A stretch of 32,000 nt of DNA from an uncultured Chloroflexia bacterium (GTDB lineage Bacteria > Chloroflexota > Ktedonobacteria > Ktedonobacterales > JADMIN01), in assembly GCA_963718915.1 (NCBI GenBank), contig CAVRAI010000015.1, positions 660,001-692,000 of the forward strand, given 5' to 3'. Shown here in pieces: positions 27,800 to 32,000 of the stretch (positions are counted from its first letter, which is position 1; each line of letters begins with the position of its first letter). Below the pieces are notes generated by a model. That model was not told the origin of the DNA, ran no database searches, and saw nothing but the letters and a program-made list of their open reading frames with translations. The position numbers were made by a program, and so were the translations under genes.

Positions 27800-28053
27800 C
27801 GGTTTCCCTCTCTGTACACGGCTTTCAGTCCATTCAGGTGATAAGCCGGTGCAACCCTCGCGCTACAGAGACGCTCAAACATTGAGCGGGGGCATCTTGG
27901 CCCGTATGCTGATTCCTAGCAAAATGCATGCCTGATACCATGACTGGAAGGGGAGACGTACTACGAGCTACGCACTGCTTACATGCTCTGGCGCTGTCCT
28001 GTGCGCCTCCTGAAGTGTCCCTCTACAGTGATATACGTCGTCTTTCCATGATT

Positions 28054-28081
28054 TTGCACAGGACTCAGTTCGCGGTACAAT
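28054..28081 (+). promoter_or_regulatory. Sigma70-like promoter candidate for hbd (TTGCAC-16 nt-TACAAT)
   Basis: ttgcac at 28054-28059 and tacaat at 28076-28081, about 62 nt upstream of ATG 28143. Confidence 0.35.
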
Positions 28082-28142
28082 ACTGTCTGGCGCGCACCGC
28101 GCCCAATCATGACGAGCAGATATCCGAGGAGGGTTGAGATCA

Positions 28143-29003
28143 ATGGCGATCAAGAAAGTTGGTGTGGTCGGCGGCGGCCTGATGGGCAGCGGCATCGCCC
28201 AGACGGCGGCGCAGGCGGGCTATGATGTGCTGCTGGCCGAGGTGTCGCAGGAGCTACTGGATCGCGGCATGGGTCGCATCAACGGCGCGTGGGATATGCT
28301 GACGAAGAAGGGCAGGATCACCGAGGAGCAGGCCAGCGAGTATCGCGGGCGTATTCGTGGCACACTGGATATGCGCGACTTCGCCGACCGCGATCTGGTG
28401 ATCGAGGCGATCATCGAGAACATGGATGAGAAGAAGAAACTCTTCTCGGCGCTGGACGGCATCGTACCAGCGGGAGCAATTATCGCCAGCAACACCTCGT
28501 CGCTGCCCATCATCGAGATGGCGTCGGTGACGAAACGGCAGGAGAACATCGCTGGGCTGCACTTCTTCAATCCAGCGCCGGTGATGAAGCTGGTCGAGAT
28601 CGTGCGCACCATCGCCACCAGCGACGAGACGACCGAGGCGCTCCGCGAGTTCGCGCAATCGCTCGGCAAGACGCCAATCATCGCCAAGGATACCGCGGGC
28701 TTCGTCGTCAACTTCCTGCTCATCCCCTATATGCTCTCCGCCGTGCGCATGTATGAGAATGGCCTTGCCACTATGGACGACATCGATACGGGCATGAAGC
28801 TGGGTTGCGGCTACCCGATGGGGCCATTCGAGCTACTGGACTATGTTGGCCTGGATACCACGCTCTACGCCGCTGAGGCGATCTACCATGAGTATCCCGA
28901 CCCGGCCTACGCGCCGCCGACCCTGCTGCGGCGTATGGTGCAGGCAGGCCGCTATGGTATGAAGACGGGCAAGGGCTTCCGCGAATACGCCGAAAAGCGC
29001 TAA
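28143..29003 (+). CDS. hbd: 3-hydroxybutyryl-CoA / 3-hydroxyacyl-CoA dehydrogenase
   Basis: ORF from TTG 28134. GAGGAGGG at 28125-28132 fits ATG 28143. NAD-binding motif KVGVVGGGLMGSGIA. HFFNPAPVMKLVEIV. C-terminal 3HCDH domain. Confidence 0.92.
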   Translation: MAIKKVGVVGGGLMGSGIAQTAAQAGYDVLLAEVSQELLDRGMGRINGAWDMLTKKGRITEEQASEYRGRIRGTLDMRDFADRDLVIEAIIENMDEKKKLFSALDGIVPAGAIIASNTSSLPIIEMASVTKRQENIAGLHFFNPAPVMKLVEIVRTIATSDETTEALREFAQSLGKTPIIAKDTAGFVVNFLLIPYMLSAVRMYENGLATMDDIDTGMKLGCGYPMGPFELLDYVGLDTTLYAAEAIYHEYPDPAYAPPTLLRRMVQAGRYGMKTGKGFREYAEKR

Positions 29004-29035
29004 CAGTAGTGTCCGCTAGCGTTGCTGTTGGCGCT

Positions 29036-29097
29036 GGCCGTAGCGTTTACGCTACGGCGAATTTCCCGCTCATTCGCCGGGGCCTTCAGGCTCCGGC
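29036..29097 (+). repeat. Intergenic double-hairpin repeat, family 2, copy 2
   Basis: GCCGTAGCGtttaCGCTACGGC, then GGCGAATttcccgctcATTCGCC, then gccttcaggc. Lies 33 nt after the hbd stop. Confidence 0.7.
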
Positions 29098-29175
29098 AGG
29101 CGCCCGAATTATCACAACGGCGCCAGACAGCTATACCAGGCGCTCCCTGGGCGCCGGAACAGGAACGGCACAGCT

Positions 29176-30366
29176 ATGACTCTCGAAGATCGCGACATCG
29201 TTCTCCTGAGCGGCGCCCGCACGCCATTTGGCGTGTTCATGGGGTCACTCAAGGATATCTCCGCCATTGATCTGACCACCACAGCCGCCACAGCCGCCAT
29301 CGAGCGCGCCGGGGTGGATGCCGCCGACATCGATCAGGTGGTCTTTGGCAACGTCATGCAGACCAGCGCCGACGCCATCTATTTCGCGCGTCACGTCGCC
29401 CTCAAAGCGGGTGTGCCCATCGAGGTACCCGCGCTGACGGTCAACCGACTCTGTGGCTCCGGCTTGCAGGCTATCGTCTCGGCGGCGCAGTCGCTGCTGC
29501 TAGGCGAGGGGACCATCGCGCTGGCGGGTGGCGGCGAGAATATGACGCAGGCGCCGTTCGTCATTCGTGGCGCGCGCACCGGCCTTGCCCTAGGCGAGCA
29601 TCCGCTCGAAGACTACCTCTGGGAGGCGCTCACCGATAGCTATATTGGCTGTGGCATGGCGATTACCGCCGAAAATCTGGCCGAGAAGTATGGCCTCTCA
29701 CGCGAGCAGGTGGACACCTACGCCCTGCGCAGCCAGGTGGAGGCGCGAAAGGCCCAGCAGAACGGCCTGTTCGCTGATGAGATCGCGTCAGTGACAGTGA
29801 CCGACCGCAAAGGCCGCGAGACGGTCATCGATCAGGACGAGGGCATTCGCGAGACCTCGATGGAGGCGCTGGCGAAGCTGCCCGCGCGCTTCAAGAAGGG
29901 CGGCGTGGTGACGGCGGGCAACGCCAGCGGCATCAACGATGCGGGCGCGGCGGTCGTGCTGGCGACGGGCGCGGTGGCTAAAGAGCGCGGGCTGAAACCC
30001 CTGGCGCGCATTGTCTCGTGGGGTATTGTCGGCGTGGAGCCGGACATCATGGGCATCGGGCCAGCTCCGGCCATTCGCCAGGCGCTCAAGCGCGCCGATA
30101 TGACGCTGGATCAACTGGATCGCGTGGAGGTGAATGAGGCGTTCTCGGCGCAGTATCTGGCTGTCGAGAAAGACCTCGGTCTGGATCGCGAGAAGACCAA
30201 CGTGCATGGTGGCGCGGTCTCGCTGGGTCATCCGCTCGCCGCCAGTGGTACACGCCTGGCAATGACGCTGGTGAACGAGCTACGACGCAACGGCCTGCGC
30301 TATGGCGCCGCGTCGCTCTGCATCGGCGGCGGCCAGGGAATTGCCGCCATCTTCGAAGCGCTATAA
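29176..30366 (+). CDS. Acetyl-CoA C-acetyltransferase (thiolase II)
   Basis: Active-site Cys VNRLCGSGLQA, NEAFSAQ, GGAVSLGHPLAASG, C-terminal CIGGGQGIA. Confidence 0.95.
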   Translation: MTLEDRDIVLLSGARTPFGVFMGSLKDISAIDLTTTAATAAIERAGVDAADIDQVVFGNVMQTSADAIYFARHVALKAGVPIEVPALTVNRLCGSGLQAIVSAAQSLLLGEGTIALAGGGENMTQAPFVIRGARTGLALGEHPLEDYLWEALTDSYIGCGMAITAENLAEKYGLSREQVDTYALRSQVEARKAQQNGLFADEIASVTVTDRKGRETVIDQDEGIRETSMEALAKLPARFKKGGVVTAGNASGINDAGAAVVLATGAVAKERGLKPLARIVSWGIVGVEPDIMGIGPAPAIRQALKRADMTLDQLDRVEVNEAFSAQYLAVEKDLGLDREKTNVHGGAVSLGHPLAASGTRLAMTLVNELRRNGLRYGAASLCIGGGQGIAAIFEAL

Positions 30367-30386
30367 CTACTCCCCCAATACGAGAA

Positions 30387-30425
30387 CTGGTCTGGGATGT
30401 TTGCTTCCACAGGCTCCCAGACCAG
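30387..30425 (+). terminator. Stem-loop after the thiolase gene (terminator candidate, no U-tract)
   Basis: Perfect 11-bp stem ctggtctggga / tcccagaccag with a 17-nt loop, starting 21 nt after the stop codon. The lack of a T-run lowers confidence in intrinsic termination. Confidence 0.4.
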
Positions 30426-30656
30426 AGCATCCTGCCATGCGCCAGAGTATAGTCGCCCCGGCTCGCTGGTTCACATCAGATGCCGGGATACACAGGACGC
30501 TCACCTTCATGATATACTCGTTATACTGCTTTCCCGGTGACATGCGCCCGCGCCGATGGATGCGCCCCGCGTGTTACGATACGTCACCACGCAATGATCG
30601 CGGGTGATGGTGCTACGCCGCGCTGACGCACATACGCTCACACGGATCGGAATATT

Positions 30657-32000
30657 ATGGCGACATCACAAGATTCTGGAGACAGTAAGCAGTCTGGGCC
30701 AGTTCCCAACGAATCTCCCAACCTCGACGAGGAGCCAACGGTGGTGCTGGGCATGGGCGCCGGTTCGGATGCGGCCACGGGAGAGTTGACGCCGCCCGAA
30801 GGGATCTCCTCGCCACCACCGATTCCCACGCCAACGCTTGACGGCGATGGCGTGCTGGTCACGCATCTGGGCGAGCCATCGAAGGCGGCTCACGTTGCGG
30901 GCGTGGCACGCGCCGCTCAGGCGCGCGCGCGTCAGGATGTTGCCTCGATAGCCGCTGGCCTCTCGGAAATCGCCGCCGCCATGCACCGCCTCGCCGGTTC
31001 GCTTGAGCCAGCCGCCGAAGGGCAATTCTCGGCTAATCTGAGCGATCCGCGCACCCGCCTGCTGGCGGAAGCGCTCGAGACCGCGCGCGCCGCCGATCTA
31101 CGCCTGGCGCAACTCGAGCATGCGCTCAAGCGGCTGAGTTCCTCGGTGCAGACCGCACAGGATAACGTCGCGGCGCTCCAGAACGAGCGCGAGCGGCTCT
31201 CGATGCTCTACCAGATTGCGCAGGATCTCAATACCTCGCTCGATCTTGACGACGTGCTGAGCCGTGTGCTCGACCAGCTCATCGACGTGGTGCATGCCGA
31301 GCGCGGCTTCCTGATGTTGCGCGACGCCTCAGGCGGGGATCTGCAATTCGCGGCGGCGCGCGGAGCCGATGGCCATCCGCTGGCCCAGGGTGATTTTGGA
31401 TTGAGCCGCAATATTGTGCGCGACGTCTGGGAGCGCCAGCGCCCGCTGCTGACCATCGATGCTCAGATGGATGAGCGGCTGCGACAGCACGAGAGTGTCG
31501 TGATTCAGGGTATTCACTCAGTCATGTGCGCGCCGTTACGGGTGCGCGGTGGCGCGGTGGGCGTCGTCTATGTGGATAGCCGGACGGAGCGCGCGCTCTT
31601 CGACAACGCGCATCTCGATCTGCTCGCCGCTTTCTGCAATCAGGCCGCCATCGCCATAGACAATGCCCGGCTCTTCGAGGATCTGCGCCACCATGTGCGT
31701 GAAATCACCGCGATGAAGACCTACATGGAGAATATCTACGCCTCCATTGCCAGTGGCGTCATTACCGCGGATACGGCTGGCATGGTGACGACCTTCAACC
31801 GGGCGGCTGAGGGCATATTTAACCTCGTCGCGTCCGGGGCTATCGGGCGGTCGTATCAGGAGGTGCTGGCGAGCATCGGCGACCCGACACTTGCCCATAT
31901 TCTCTTCCAGGCGATCAACGGCACGGCGGCGACGCTGGGGCATGAGGTGACGCGCACGTTACCCCAGCGCGGTGAGGTGAGCCTGCGGCTGAATGTCTCG
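30657..32000 (+). CDS. GAF plus PAS domain signalling protein, 5' partial (runs off the window)
   Basis: Not in the ORF track because there is no stop in the window. My translation from ATG 30657 stays open for 448 codons. It has a P/S-rich N-terminus and a coiled-coil (LRLAQLEHALKRLSSSVQTAQDNVAALQNERERLSMLYQIA). The GAF part reads LDDVLSRVLDQLIDVVHAERGFLMLRD...VMCAPLRVRGGAVGVVYVDS. A PAS-like part follows (MENIYASIASGVITADTAGMVTTFNRAAEGIF). Confidence 0.8.
   Translation, partial: MATSQDSGDSKQSGPVPNESPNLDEEPTVVLGMGAGSDAATGELTPPEGISSPPPIPTPTLDGDGVLVTHLGEPSKAAHVAGVARAAQARARQDVASIAAGLSEIAAAMHRLAGSLEPAAEGQFSANLSDPRTRLLAEALETARAADLRLAQLEHALKRLSSSVQTAQDNVAALQNERERLSMLYQIAQDLNTSLDLDDVLSRVLDQLIDVVHAERGFLMLRDASGGDLQFAAARGADGHPLAQGDFGLSRNIVRDVWERQRPLLTIDAQMDERLRQHESVVIQGIHSVMCAPLRVRGGAVGVVYVDSRTERALFDNAHLDLLAAFCNQAAIAIDNARLFEDLRHHVREITAMKTYMENIYASIASGVITADTAGMVTTFNRAAEGIFNLVASGAIGRSYQEVLASIGDPTLAHILFQAINGTAATLGHEVTRTLPQRGEVSLRLNVS

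Overview
High-GC bacterial chromosomal window. Single 60-nt lines I counted by hand gave about 75% GC in uvrA, against 48-55% in the TA, HNH and TIR genes. The protein repertoire (AWSPDG-type WD40 arrays fused to TIR, a PD40 propeller membrane protein, N/G-rich low-complexity inserts in housekeeping enzymes) suggests a Chloroflexota/Ktedonobacteria-like organism; this is inference only. I can support about 30 protein-coding genes. They are: a membrane PD40-propeller protein, uvrA, a SUI1/YciH homolog, a small hypothetical, glutamine-dependent nadE, a GNAT acetyltransferase, an M19 dipeptidase, a VOC/glyoxalase protein, a Phd-like/PIN toxin-antitoxin pair with a frameshifted toxin, an Fe-S DinG/XPD-type helicase plus a small membrane protein, an RHH-like/HNH two-gene cassette, acpS, ugd, an MBL hydrolase, lgt, a HIT protein, two tandem TIR-WD40 proteins, a CUT1-type sugar ABC uptake operon (SBP plus two permeases), hbd, a thiolase, and the 5' part of a GAF-PAS sensor protein. 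I found no rRNA, tRNA, CRISPR array, transposase or integrase. The best candidate for an undescribed system is the tandem pair of NTPase-less TIR-(TPR-like)-WD40 proteins at 20.7-24.3 kb. Both keep the TIR catalytic-position glutamate, both have internally conserved WD40 blades whose variation sits at a few positions, they share a duplicated 5' leader, and the first copy has a frameshift in its last blade. Secondary items are the RHH-like/HNH cassette, the decaying PIN toxin, and two families of short intergenic double-hairpin repeats, one of which shows compensatory base-pair changes. All calls rest on reading motifs in the supplied translations and sequence; no database search was possible.
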